Positions 1-13,349 of a DNA stretch of 64,000 bases are shown here, one piece after another. Position 1 is the stretch's first letter, and each line of letters begins with the position of its first letter. The notes beneath the pieces are model-generated. The model was not told the origin of the DNA. It did no database searches and saw only the letters and a list, made by a program, of their open reading frames with translations. The DNA is from Octopus vulgaris (taxonomy: Eukaryota): assembly GCA_951406725.2 (NCBI GenBank), contig OX597818.1, positions 140,802,001 through 140,866,000 of the forward strand, given 5' to 3'. The position numbers were made by a program, and so were the translations under genes.

Positions 1-1770
1 CCATTTGGTGTTGCTACATGATTTTACTTGACGAATACTTTTTAGCAAATGCCATCTGCACCTCCTGCCGTGAAGTTGGTTCACCTGGGACACCTGACAA
101 GAAGAGATCCAGTTTCATTTTAAAGACATCTGCATCCACCCAATGCAGGTCTCTTAGGTTCTTCGGGAGGATATTGAAGAGCTGTTGGCCTCGGAAGCCC
201 AGACTATCACAGTATATTGTCCTACATCTTGATGGCAAATTTGGAGTCCTTGGCACTATACAGTGGCGTACAGTACTGGCAAAGTTTGGGACAAGTCCTT
301 CTAGGATCTTCCAGATGTATATTATGGCATATCTTTCTCGCCTACGCTCTAAGGAATAGAGTCTCAATCTCCTGAGTCTTTCCCAGTAGCTTATATGCTG
401 CATAGAGGCTATCTTCTTCGTGTAGTTGCATTGGATCGCCTCAAGTTCTGTGATTAACTTAACACTGGATGTTGACCATAGCTGAGAGCAGTAGTCAAAG
501 TGGCTTAGGACAAGTGTCCTCCAGAGGACCATCATGGTTTCCTGGTCTCTTGTTCTAAAGGTTCTAAGAATCCATCCGGTCAGCCGCCTACATTTCATTG
601 CCAATTTAGCAACATGCACATGAAAGGTTGCATCATCACTCATGTAAATACCCAGGTCTCGCACTGATTGTGCCTCTGGGATTGCAATCCCTCCAGGTTC
701 AGTGTATTTATTGGGTATTGCATTTAGTTTTGAATGCTGATAGTATAAAGCTTGAAACTTTTAAGCATTGAACTGCATGCTATTCTTTTCAGCGCACTTG
801 TATATTCTCCCAATTTTCTAACTATGCCAAGATCACGCAGTCTGTGACATATCATTCCATGATCGACTTTATCAAAGGCCTTTGCAAAGTCGAGATATAT
901 GACTTCCACATGTGAGTGGTTGAGTAGTCGTTTCGGCACCCAGTCATAGTGTTGTAGGAGCTGAGTTAAGCAGCTTCTTCCTGGTCGGAAACCATGTTGG
1001 GTGTCAGGCAGCAAGTCATTTTCTTCAAGGAAGGTGATTAGTTTCCTTCTGACTATTCGTTCCATGACCTTGCTGATGTGTGAGGTCAGAGAGATAGGTC
1101 TGTAGTTCTTGGCTTCCGCTCTGCTACCTCCTTTATGAATAGGGCATATTTTACCTTCCTTCAGTTTTCTTGGAAGTTTGCCAGTTGCAAGGAAGTTCTG
1201 AAAGAGGAACTGCAGTGGTCTTGCTAGGACTCTCTTACATGCTTTTAGGAGGATTGCCGGGAATCCATCGGGGCCAGTAGCTGAGTCTGTTTTCATTTCA
1301 GCTATAGCCTTGATTACATCGTCTTCCTTTATATCGATGTAATCTATCGTCGCCGCCTCTGATTTTATATCTGCAGTGATAAAAAAGTCAGTTGGATTGG
1401 TGATTTGGAGATGCCCAAGGGGTGGAGTGAAAACACTCTTGAATTGCTCATTGGTATTTCACTTACCCTCATTGGTTTTCCTGTAAGTGTGCCATCCTTT
1501 TCGAGGAGTGGCCCTATTCTACAGTGCACCGTAGCTGTTTCTTTGGCATACCTGTAGAAATCTCTGGGGTTAGATTTTATGTTGTCTATAGCCCAGGCTT
1601 CTTTGTCTGCTCTTTCCTTTTCATGGGAGAGTTGCAGACATTTTTCAATTTCCAATAGTTTTATTTTCAGGCGGGACTTTTCACTGCTTTCAATTTGTTT
1701 GTTTAGGCGATTTGAAACTTTTGTACGCCATCTCATTAGGACTTTCCTCTCTCTGGGGATTTTGCTATTG
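1..1770 (-). mobile_element. 5'-truncated, degraded CR1-group LINE (ORF2 RT region), internally deleted
   Basis: Broken ORFs 1365-1736, 724-1296 and 14-664 give GPDGFPA, NYRPISLTSHISKVMERIV, QHGFRPGRSCLTQLL, YLDFAKAFDKVDH and LYSLERRRERYAIIYIWK. The QG and YADD motifs are missing (junction ~803). The 5' end abuts (TA)n. Confidence 0.9.
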
Positions 1771-1777
1771 TGTACAG

Positions 1778-1877
<100 letters not shown>

Positions 1878-1902
1878 ATGTATGTATATATATATATGTA
1901 TG

Positions 1903-1940
<38 letters not shown>

Positions 1941-1941
1941 T

Positions 1942-2860
1942 AATGGTGATAGGAAAACTCGAAATAAGCGTTGTTAGATATCCATAGACTAGTTATTTAT
2001 GAGTATTTATAATCCAGTTTCTTCGCCAAAGACTAGTGCTTGCCTCGCCGATTGTTAGCTATAGAGGCGAGCTTCGTTGAACTGCTATGAAATTAGAAAA
2101 ACAGATAAACAAACACAAGTACGCTTAATATGTATATTTATGTATCCATAGTACAGGAAAAAAGCATCAAATTAAATGATAGTAGTTATCTAATACTTTA
2201 ATCTTAACAGCTGTTTCAGGAACATCATGCCTTATGGCAGAACCATATACATATATTATAATGTCACATGGTGTCGTAAGTGTACGTCTAACCTATCCTA
2301 TGGATAGGTTAGGTGAAGCGATTGCAACCTCATAAGAAGAAAATTGCAAATGCGTATTTCACAGCATGCTTTACAACTATAAATATTTACAGAGAACAGA
2401 GTGGATTAGTAAGGAATGGACAAGAGGGAAGTAAAGGAATATGGGTGGGGAAGAGTGGGTTGACTAAAGAAGGTTTCTACAATGAAGCTATCAGTTGCTG
2501 AAAACCAATGAACGGTAGATAAAATCTGTTATAATAGCGGAGCAATTGCTGCGTCATCTACTAATGTAGTAAATACTAGAGAAGCCACCAGCAATAAACG
2601 TAGGTAGCAAGATAAGTAGATTCGAAAAGAAAACACATACAATAGATTGGGGAGAGAAGCTTAATAGGTTAGTAAGAGACGGAGGAATTTGAAAGAATTA
2701 GATTCTGTAAGATGAGAAGCTTGGCTTACGGCAAAAATTACGATGATTTAATGTAATGTAAGAAAGTTTTATAGAATTTATACAGGCATGGGAAAATTAT
2801 CTAAGAGAAGCGATTTAGTAGAGTAAACTTACTGTGATCTAATATATGCTTAGACAAAGC
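1942..2860 (-). mobile_element. PLE-type 3' terminal region with decayed hammerhead
   Basis: Ends in the (TA)n tract at ~1941 and carries the HHR-like motif at 2202-2340. The upstream boundary is approximate. Confidence 0.55.
2202..2340 (-). ncRNA. Decayed type I hammerhead ribozyme
   Basis: Minus strand: TCTT-CTTATGA-GG...long helix II...CC-T-GAAA-CAGCTGT-T-AAGA. Helix I is TCTT/AAGA and helix III is the palindrome ACAGCTGT. Core G5 is mutated to T. Confidence 0.6.
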
Positions 2861-2869
2861 AGGTCACCC

Positions 2870-3580
2870 TCACTGGAATCAAATGACAAATGCGTATTTA
2901 ATAGCACTATATTTACAATTCATTCCTACATATCAGAATAAAAACGGCCCAAGTAATGAGTAATTTACATTGGACAATCAGTCAATCCAACGAGGAAGGA
3001 ACAATTCCGAACAGTCTTTAAGAACAATGGTTATCCAAAATCTTTCAGCAAACGAAAGAACATCTTCAGATCACGTAACAAAGCTCAACATCCTGGAATA
3101 AAGTGCGTTCTTTGAAACAACCATAATTTGATACAAAACGGCTGCAATTCTCCAAGCTATCCGCAGGGAGAGATTGAATGTATGGCTGATATACTCCAGC
3201 TCTTTCCTAGAGACTTCCCAACATAATACAACGTCATATGTATGTTGTCCAACTGCTTGAACCGCAATGGGAGCGTCTTACCCGTCCTCTTTCGTGTGAA
3301 TAAAATATGTAACAAATGTGATGAATCCTACATTTGAAACACTATCAGAGAGTTCGTATCCGTATTACAGAAATCTCTATTCTGATACTTCTTCCATCAC
3401 AAAATAGAGGTGGAATTGCCAAACCTAAGACATACATGTATCCATTGGCACCACGGAACGAAAAAATTAAAACCTGAGGATAAAAGAACCATCATCATTT
3501 ACTATTGAAAATAAAACTGCACTATACGCATGGGACTGAATATTATAGAAATGCTATCATGCGTATGTCAAACCTAACCA
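2870..3580 (+). pseudogene. Degraded PLE RT-thumb / GIY-YIG remnant
   Basis: Hand translation gives FRTVFKNNGYPKSF (NGYP motif) and KCDESYI*NT.R..RIRITE (second GIY-YIG strand), with many stops and frameshifts. Confidence 0.6.
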
Positions 3581-3835
3581 CTCTTCTTCACACACACACA
3601 AACATACGCACACACACACACCTACACACACACACACACGCATGCACACAAACATAAAATCATAGTATGGAGTAGAATAGCTAGCTCGCAGCACCAAGTC
3701 TCTCACACCCTTTTTCAGAATGGAAGTTATAAACATCGAAATATGAATAACTTATTTTATCACCTTCAAAACTTCAATTCACCTTACTGATAACTGGTAC
3801 TGTGTCGCCTCTTGGAAGAAAAACCAGTTAAAACG

Positions 3836-3866
<31 letters not shown>

Positions 3867-4731
3867 ACATACATACACACACATATGAGGTTGTTAAACA
3901 GGGAATTGGACTGAGATTAATACTGCTATAGTTATATCAATCCATCGTCCTAGACTGGCACTTCTTTAACGACACTGAAATACTGATAGTAAGAGTCTTT
4001 CTCGGCAACAATTGAGCTCAGAGCACAAAACAACGGGACAAATACCTCGAGGCATACTATTCGACAATCTAACAACTATGCCAATTTTTCACTTGTTTGT
4101 TTCATTTTCTTTCCTTCCGGATATTTCTGTATTCTCAGTTACTACATGCTAATAGCTAATACTATGATCTGGCGTTTAATGAAGGGTTCTTTGTTTTAAA
4201 GCCAATAGTGGATGACTATGAAACAATGCCACCAAAGTATGTGATCGTCTCAATTGATTTCAGGATTCGTTTATTGATTTCAGTGATGTTTTTTATAAGG
4301 TTTTGTTAAGCATATCCTCCCTTTGGTTGAGAAATATCCAGTCTTTGATGTGCTGATGGTTAAGATCCTTAATGTTGACAGGCAGCCATAAATGTATTTA
4401 TAGCTAATTACACATCAGTTTTAGAAAGAGTCACTAAGGTGCAATCATGAACAAAAAAAGAAATCCGGTAAATTTGCGTGCTTAACTGCCGTGACTAAGT
4501 GTAATATTAAAGGGTTGTAAACTTATCGATCTGTTCCTTTGAATGCCTAAATCGTTATCTGGGAAATAATCAATGATTATAGAACTCAACAAGAGGTAGA
4601 ACAAAGTTGTAGTCAAGACCTGTTATACGCAGTAACATTCAAGGCGGAGAGAATCTATTTAATTATAATTGGGTTTCCTATACCTACGTCTCTATCTATT
4701 TGCCTGTCTACCTATATATATTCATCTAGTA

Positions 4732-4806
<75 letters not shown>

Positions 4807-5301
4807 TGAGTGTGTGTGTATATTGAAAGATACAGTTTACTTTCATCGTAAGTTGAATATGTATGTATGTATGTATGTATGTATCTAAGTTTTTCTCTTT
4901 GACGGCCTCTATTTCTCTATTTCTAAGTATATATCTCTACCTATACATCAATATATTTATCATTCTAATGAACTATCTATCTCCCTGCATGACTCTCTGC
5001 TATAAACTACATGCATACAATTCTTTACACATTTAGCTGGAATTTCTCTTTTCGTCATATTTATATATATATACACGCACATACGTACATAATGCTTAAC
5101 AAAACTTTATGTATATATATATCTGTGTTTGTGTGTGTATCATACAGAAAAGGAAGTTGAACAGAGCATATCTCTTTAAAGAGGAATCTATCTTCTCAAA
5201 ACCCCACATGTATACACACACATATTTATATATATATATAAATACATACATATATATATATGTATATATATATATACATACATTATATATATATATATAT
5301 G

Positions 5302-5349
<48 letters not shown>

Positions 5350-5402
5350 CATATATCTATATACACACATATATATATATATACACATATATACCTACAT
5401 AC

Positions 5403-5454
<52 letters not shown>

Positions 5455-8400
5455 CATCTTTTGTTTACTGAAGCTATATTACTAATAGACCGTTTGACAG
5501 TGTCACAAAATAATAGAGTGAAAGTGATTGGTTTGTAGCTATGTACCAAAATACTTCCATGCTTTGTAGTACAACATGCTATAACGGAGTTATGAAACAC
5601 AACGGTAAATGTCGATTTGAAATAACCATTACGTCTCAAACACTGTGTAATTTTTTCAGCTTCACCACATGATTTCAGATCAACTCACTCGCTAAAGCAC
5701 TATAGCAAGTAAAGGTTATTAAGTATTTGATTATATTTGATTTTACAATGACTACTGAGCAAAATATGACTCCTTTAAGTTTTCAATTTTGACGATGTTT
5801 TTTTATAGTTTCGACAGGTTTCTTCAAAGCACCAGTTCATATGAAATGAACGAAAGCAATATTCACTTATTATACCTCGAAGTAACCAAAATCAAATTTA
5901 CTGCGAGGCAGCATAAGTATGTCTGGATTTTATTAGGTTGTTTTGTCTTAGCCTACGGGCTATATTTTGAGTTTTCTCCAGGCATCTGACTATATTAGAA
6001 ACAGTTAACTTGTATCTTCAAATAAAATACGATAAATTGTTTTGAAATAATTTCATTTGTCTTTGAACTCTACACTGTGTTTTTCACTTATTTTATAGAT
6101 ATTAGTGAAATGAAAACAAACAAACTTTCAAGCAGTAAATGTCGATCTTACACGCTAATTCGATACCATGGTATATAGTCTAGACAATTTAGTCTAACTT
6201 TATTGTGTTTGTTGACATGGGCATGGCTGTATGTTTCAGAGGCTGGCTTAGCAACTGCTCTATATCTCCATCTGTGGTTCAGTCAAAGTGCGCGCTACTT
6301 GGGTGTCTTCTCACATGACGACCAACTTAAGACGCGTGGATCAAATTTGGTAAAGATAAAATAGGCGAGAATCCCATCTATTCTTACATATGGCTGGTAG
6401 ATTTACACAGTCGACTAGTTTAGCGTCCCGAGATGGCCCTTGGAGGACTTTAGCGGAGTCTAATCTATTTCGAGTATTCAGTTTTGCCCTTCTCCAACCA
6501 ATAAACTTTGTCTCCTCCCCCGCCACGAAACAAATAATGGAACACATATATCTCGAACCTTTTCCATTACCATAGTTTAATATTATATTTCGAAATATTA
6601 GTAAATATTTAATGACTCATTAATAATTTCATAAATTTCAAAATCATAACTAGGTAAATAGTTGGCTAAAAGCGTAGTTTCTCCTAAGCAAATATATTTT
6701 TATTTTGCTTGTGTTTATTTTTCTGTTCACAATATACTTTCTGGCTCTCATTTCAAGTGATATAAAATTGGCTTCAGGCCATCATCACTTAGTAAAACAT
6801 TCTTTCAATAAGAGACGCCATGAACACTAACATTCGCTCAACATAAATGTGGAACTACACAGTTTATGTGAAAAGTGGTTTTTAATGGCAATTCTGTTGT
6901 CAAAGAATAACTTTATTATATTATTTGATTTATTATTATATCAACTCTTATTTCAATCTTTATGTTTCTGACCTACCACATTTACATTTTCTTTTCTCTA
7001 AAAATCTCTTGTTTCCACAAACATTTCTTTCCAATTCAGATACGTTCACAGCAATATTGCTTTACATATTTATCCATCGTCACTTCATAAATATTCCTGA
7101 TTATAAAAAGGCTTTCGCCGCTGGCTATGTTTGGTGTTGAAATTTGGCTTTCAACAATAATATTTTCTTCAAACTGATAGATGTAAACGTGAATGAAATA
7201 TTATAAATTAACAAGTAAGGCTTGCAATATAAAATATAAAATAAGCTACAGATACAAAACATGCTACAACTTAATACAATGCATTTTCCTTCTTAAAAAG
7301 TTAAGACTTAAATTTTGCCAAATATGCATAAAACTACAGCTTTGTAAAGAAATTATGTAAACAGAATCCCTTGAGATTTGGAACGGGACTTCTATAATAT
7401 TAATTAATGACAGCTTATTTTGCACGCCTTTGATCTGGCATTTGCAAACGTGTGAGAGTACTACATTGCTCAACAGGTGGAGCCACCGCCTATATGTTGT
7501 GTACATCAGCCACAGTGAATTACATTGACATCATTGCCCAACCGAAATAACATATTACAATAACCCAACATGATTTTAAGGACGGTTATTGCCAACCAGT
7601 ACAGTGATTTTTATTAACCAATATATAAGTTGGCCACAGCACAATGGAAGAATATTTGATGTTGATAAAGGTAATCCCGCACACATATTACACCACTTAG
7701 TCACTCTAAAATTTGCACTATCATCCAGGCACAGAAGCTACTTGATAAAACAGGGCAACCAATTGTGACTAAATTAACAACTTTTAATTTGGTTAAAAGA
7801 ATCACATAACACTTAACGTATAATCGAAAAGGTTATCTAATTGTAGATGTGTTTTAAATTATATTTTACCTGACTATAAATCTCCAAATGGACAATGCCA
7901 CAAGCCCTTTGAAATTTATTACAACCGATTGATTCTCTAAGCTATTTTCATACCTTTCCTGTCTCCTTACTGAAAATTCTGTTTCAAAACAATGTTTAGC
8001 TCGTAAATTATCCCCTTGCACGATTCATACATTTTTAACTTCATACTTATGTACTTTCGTCAGTAACAGTTTGTTCATATCTATGCATTTTCATATTATT
8101 TAGCTAATTTACACCCCCATTTTATTTTATTTTACTTTATCTAAATTTCATTGTGTACTTAGTGTTGATTAATGGGTTTCAATGAAATTTATCAGGTCGC
8201 AATAAATTTCTTTTTGATATTTTCTACGCTCCCGTGTTCTATTGATCACAATCGTCCGAAGACTGGAAACAAGAAACTTGGTACAACGATTTCTAATGAT
8301 TTCAGCTTCTAATGAATATAATAAAATTACAATATCGAAGAAAGCTAAAGAATAGCGTTAATTAGGATTATTTGATTTACTCCTTGACAAGATTCACAAA

Positions 8401-8857
8401 GAATTCAAAATTCTCTTACATGTCTGCATGTAAGAGAACAAAAATAAAAAAAATTTAAAAATATATGTGCTAATAGACAATATACCATTTGATTTCAACG
8501 GTAACATCGATACATTCCTCATATACATTATTTTATATGTTTCTCAAAGAAATAGTGGATACATAGATATATGATAATAAAGAAAATGGATATGAATCAA
8601 TTTATGTATGTGGAATATCACATTATATCGCATTATTCCTGTTCATGCTTACTTGTATATATATGTGTGTGTGTGTGTATACGTATGTATGCATGAATAT
8701 ATGTATGTATATATATATGTATATATACATATATATATGTTTATATACGTATATATATATATATATACGCATATATATATATATACATATATATATATGC
8801 ATGTATATATATATATGTATGTATATAAACATATATATATGTTTATATACGTATATA

Positions 8858-8937
<80 letters not shown>

Positions 8938-9049
8938 TATATAAGCAAGATTGTAAGTATATATTTTGTGTATGCGCCTGTGTCATTGCGTGCACGAGCG
9001 TGTAAGTGTGCAAAACACAATGAATAAGTTAACTATTGTTCCCCTTAAA

Positions 9050-9990
9050 ATATGTACATTAAATTTCAGCTCTAATCATTCCGAATCATTTATTATGTAT
9101 AGGCCAGTGAAGTTTGAATTTTTATCTTCGGAAGCGAAAGTTTCCAAGATTGAAAGATACATTTTAAATTACAATGTTTCCGAGTGCGACCGAGTGATAC
9201 CGAGTACTATCGAGTCATATTTCTTTATGTTCTGGCATGGAAACAGAATGACGTACAGCATGTAATCTTCCTCCAGAAACTTCTCAGTGCAATGTACGCA
9301 GGAGTGTATAAGACCATTGTAAATTGATTATGTGTTGCCCGATTCACTATAATACTGATAATGCAAATTAATAACCATTAATTGACTTATTTACTGTAAG
9401 TATATTACATATTATTATCGACAACATATTCACTATGATTGCTGCGTGTTTTCTTTTGAGTTGGTGAACTCACATACGTTGCTATGTTGATCCATGAACT
9501 GAAGTGTGATCAGTAAATTATATCATATTACCAGTTCATTGCTTTATTGTGTTCAATAGAGTTAATGGCCACTAGGTAAGTCAACTGGAAATACATCTGA
9601 TAGTAGACAGGCAAATGCGTTAGATATAAAGATTCTATATAGAATGACTGGTACGCTTATAATTAAATAATATTTCCTATCTCAATACAAATTATGGTAG
9701 CACCCAGTTTAGTAAATGTGTTTCTTGTAACATATGCTTCAGGTTATATACCTCAGTCATTATTATTTAAAGTTATGACACCGCTTTGTTTTTCTAAATG
9801 ACCTTGTATAATTCCCCGCATTGAGAAGTCACAGCGCCAGTACTAAGGAAACGTATTTAGGATGTTGTAGGAAACATTCACCAGGCGGACTTTTCAAGCC
9901 GAGCTGACCGCCAAAATACCTAGGGATAGAACCAGAACGAGGGCGTTAGAAAATATCAACAATTTCAGTTAGTTAAGATTGAAAATAAAC
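9050..9990 (-). pseudogene. Possible P-element/THAP9-like transposase fossil
   Basis: Weak frameshifted fragments on the minus strand (H-I-I-x-x-IRND at ~9075-9100, DVFPV at ~9590, EVY at ~9750). No ORF. Confidence 0.3.
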
Positions 9991-10028
9991 CGAAAGTCCA
10001 ATGACGCTTGTTTCTGATAAGACCTATG

Positions 10029-10448
10029 GGATCTTTTCGGTTTGAACGGCAGTTTTTAGCATAATTTCTAGGTAATTAAAAAAATTTAAACTTCGTATAC
10101 TGGTAGAATGTGTTTATAAAACATCTTTTTCTCTTGCAGTTATTGAGAAAATTCTATAGTTTGTAAGATATTTGTTGTTTTTTTCTTCACTTTCTGCAAT
10201 TTCAACCAATCAGTGACGTCTATTGAGTTAAAAAGCATTCTGTGCCGTATGAATATGTCCTTCGTTTAAGAAACAGATTGGGTTTATTTAAATTTGTGAA
10301 GAAAAAAAGATACCCTCCCCCTACCCCTAACTCTAACCCTAACTCTAAAAGAGTTTGGAATGCAATAGATCGATTCTTGGGTCATAATTATGGGTGACAA
10401 TTTCATATGACACCGCTAGAAAAAACAGCCGTTTAACCGAAAAGATCC
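10029..10448. mobile_element. MITE with GG-starting TIRs and 8-bp TSD (Merlin-like)
   Basis: TIR GGATCTTTTCGGTTTGAACGGC ... GCCGTTTAACCGAAAAGATCC. Perfect TSD GACCTATG at 10021-10028 and 10449-10456. Confidence 0.9.
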
Positions 10449-10833
10449 GACCTATGGACGTGGTACCTGACACTCCCAGAACAGCAATAAGGCGTGGATA
10501 ACTGGATGGATCCTCTATACATTTCTATTAATCTAAACTCTAAAGTTTGTGCATCGCTGGTGAGGTTTATATAACAAATACGCAATAACTTGTAACCGTG
10601 CTAGCAACAAAAGAATAGAGTCAATGTAATGAATACCTTTTATGTAATTTAAATTCTATCTTTCTATCACATATATTACTCTACCAGAATTAATCTTTAA
10701 AGCAATGATTCCCAATACTGACCAGCAGTGTAATCTTAATTAATTATCATTTATTAACTGACTACATAAATTATGAACTGGCCCTCAACTAAGTTATGAA
10801 TTTCATGCCAGCGTTTTCATCTTCAATTCTAAT

Positions 10834-11252
10834 ACCTATTTCTTTACTACCCACAAGGGGCTAAACACAGAGGAGACAAACAAGGACAGACACACGGATT
10901 AAGTCGATTACAGCGACCCCAGTGCGTAAGTGGTACTTATTTAATCGACCCCGAAAGGATGAAAGGCAAAGTCGATCTCGGCGGAATTTGAACTCAGAAC
11001 GTAACGGCAGATGAAATACCTATTTCATTACTACCCACAAGGGGCTAAACACAGAGGGGACAAACAAGCACAGACAAATGGAGTAAGTCGATTACAGCGA
11101 CCCCAGTGCGTAAGTGGTACTTATTTAATCGACCCCGAAAGGATGAAAGGCAAACTCGACCTCGGCGGAATTTGAACTCAGAACGTAAAGGCAGACGAAA
11201 TAAGGCTACGCATTTCGCCCGGCGTGCTGACGATTCTGCCAGTTTGCCGCTT
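10834..11252 (-). mobile_element. tRNA-derived SINE family B, head plus 2 tandem 184-bp units
   Basis: Head GGCGGCAAACTGGCAGAATCGTCAGCACGCCGGGCG, B-box GAGTTCAAATTCC, central GCCTTTCATCCTTTCGGGGTCGAT. 14-bp TSD TCTTCAATTCTAAT at 10820-10833 and 11253-11266. Confidence 0.9.
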
Positions 11253-11689
11253 TCTTCAATTCTAATTCTGCTAACACCAGCCAATTCTCTTCACGTGCTA
11301 TTAGTAGGAGCCGAACCACACGTAGATTATACATTACCATATTAATAAGCGGTGCCGCAATAGAATTTCTTCCTTCTGAAATTAAGTGAAAATAACAGAC
11401 ACAGACACAGTTCGCTCACATGATATAATATATATACAGTTCAATGGACTTTAAAGACTGCGGTATCAACAACACAAATCGAGTGGGGAAATTATGCACC
11501 GTTGTAAAATATATATTTATGCTTCAGAGTTTACTAATTCACGTCAGTTCTTTACAATCTGTTGGTGCCCCACTGAGCCGCAAAAAGAAATTCATTTTTT
11601 TTATGAATAGCTGTTGAGCAATTTTATTGACGAATATGTCGACAAGACAAATTGTGATTATTCTGTGGTGTACGCATGTACTTGGTAAT

Positions 11690-11846
11690 TGGTGTGGCTA
11701 TTTGGTAAAACGTTTACTTCCTAATCAAATGGTTCCTGGTTCAGTTCCACTGAAAGGAAAATGGTCAAATGTCTTCTACAAACCCCACACACACCAAACC
11801 CTTGTAAATAGATTTGTCCGACTGAAAGTGAAGAAAGCCTGTCGTA
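11690..11846 (+). mobile_element. SINE family A, degenerate 5' half
   Basis: Similar to the head of 38168-38340 (GGTTCAGTTCCACTG...GAAAGCCTGTCGTA), then (TA)n. Confidence 0.7.
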
Positions 11847-11909
11847 ATATATATATATATATATGTAATGATAAATCTCAGAGCGAGTTATAAACAGTAG
11901 CGGCAACAC

Positions 11910-12139
11910 ATCGTGACGTATGTTTGCCATTTGAATGTGGCTAACCCCTAAGGGTGGATGCTACTGTAATTTCTAGCCACAGGAAGACACCTCCTCCAGT
12001 TGGCTATAGACACACAAATACTGATCGGGCACAGAAAGTGTGTCTATAGCCAGCTGGAGGAGGTGTCTTCCTGGGGCTACAAACTACAGTAGCATCCACC
12101 CTTAGGGGTTAGCCACATTCAAATGGCAAATATACGTCA

Positions 12140-12143
<4 letters not shown>
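11910..12143. repeat. Fold-back element: 106-bp inverted arms, 22-nt spacer
   Basis: 11910-12015 is the reverse complement of 12038-12143 with a few mismatches. The right arm abuts (TA)n; the left arm has a ~45-nt extension and then (TA)n. Confidence 0.95.
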
Positions 12144-12188
<45 letters not shown>

Positions 12189-13047
12189 ATTTTAATTAAT
12201 TACCATTTATTGACTACATTAAGTATGGACTGGCACTCAAGAAAGTTACGAATTTCATGCCCAGAAAAGGAAAAATTTGGCTGTAAATTTCTTGCACACC
12301 CCGCTACCACGTAACAGGAATTTCGGGGCCTTTATTGAGCATAGCTGCTACGTGATACCAGGGCGTGCTAGAAATAGCAGTCAAATCTTTAAATGTGAGA
12401 TATGTTGAATGCACTCGAAAAGCTTTATGGAAAAAATTATTTCACACCGAGTTTACGAACGGATCTTTTACGAAATATTTATCGTATTTTCACTTTAAGG
12501 TATTTTTTAAATATGCCAAAAAAATTTTGTAATGCTATTCCCTTGAAAATAATTTTTTAAAAAACCATTAAAATATTGTCTGTTAAAAGAAAGCTAAAAT
12601 ATAAATACTTACATTTTTGAAATCACATTTACTTAGAAATATTTCTAAATGATTAAAATATTGTGTTTAACAAAAGCGAAAATAGAAACATTTACTGTAA
12701 AAAAAAAATTTATATTTTTGCGTTGTCAAGTCACTATATCTAATCGAAAGGTAAGAGTTTCTTCCCTTTCAGGGTTAAGTTATTTGAGAAAAAAATTTCC
12801 CACTATACATCGTTTTGGATATTTATACCCAGAAACACCCTATATCTCAAAAACCACTTGTCCGATTTACGCCAAACTTGTTTTATTCAGGTTGTGTTAA
12901 CATTTCAGAGGCGACTTAATACATAGTATTTTCCCATTATGTGCTAGTTTGGCAGGGTAACATTGCAAGCAAGCAAGCAAGCAAACAAGCAAGATTCAAG
13001 CTGACTTTCAATGTATTATATATATACATATACATACATACATACAC

Positions 13048-13110
<63 letters not shown>

Positions 13111-13116
13111 CATACA

Positions 13117-13148
<32 letters not shown>

Positions 13149-13349
13149 GATATAGATATAGATATAGATATAATAGAAATATTTATATTTCTAAGTCCCT
13201 CTAAAGGAGACTACGGCAGCAGTACTTGATATTAATAGTTATCGCCAAGCTATCATGCCAGTCCAGAAAAACAGGACGAATGCTGCCGTTGATTAGCTCC
13301 AAGAGGCCATCGCTCCGAGCTAGCTATGTGACACACAAGCCTGTGAACT

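Noticed and set aside
6780-7800. Another PLE fossil (YKKA..AGY, FFKLID, ISY fragments)
   Set aside because: Too degraded to support by eye.
10318-10348. Chromosome-end or fusion scar
   Set aside because: Only ~4 degenerate units, internal to a TSD-bounded MITE.
13215-13260. SECIS on the minus strand (ATGA...AA...)
   Set aside because: The 3' GA of the quartet is missing and there is no linked ORF.
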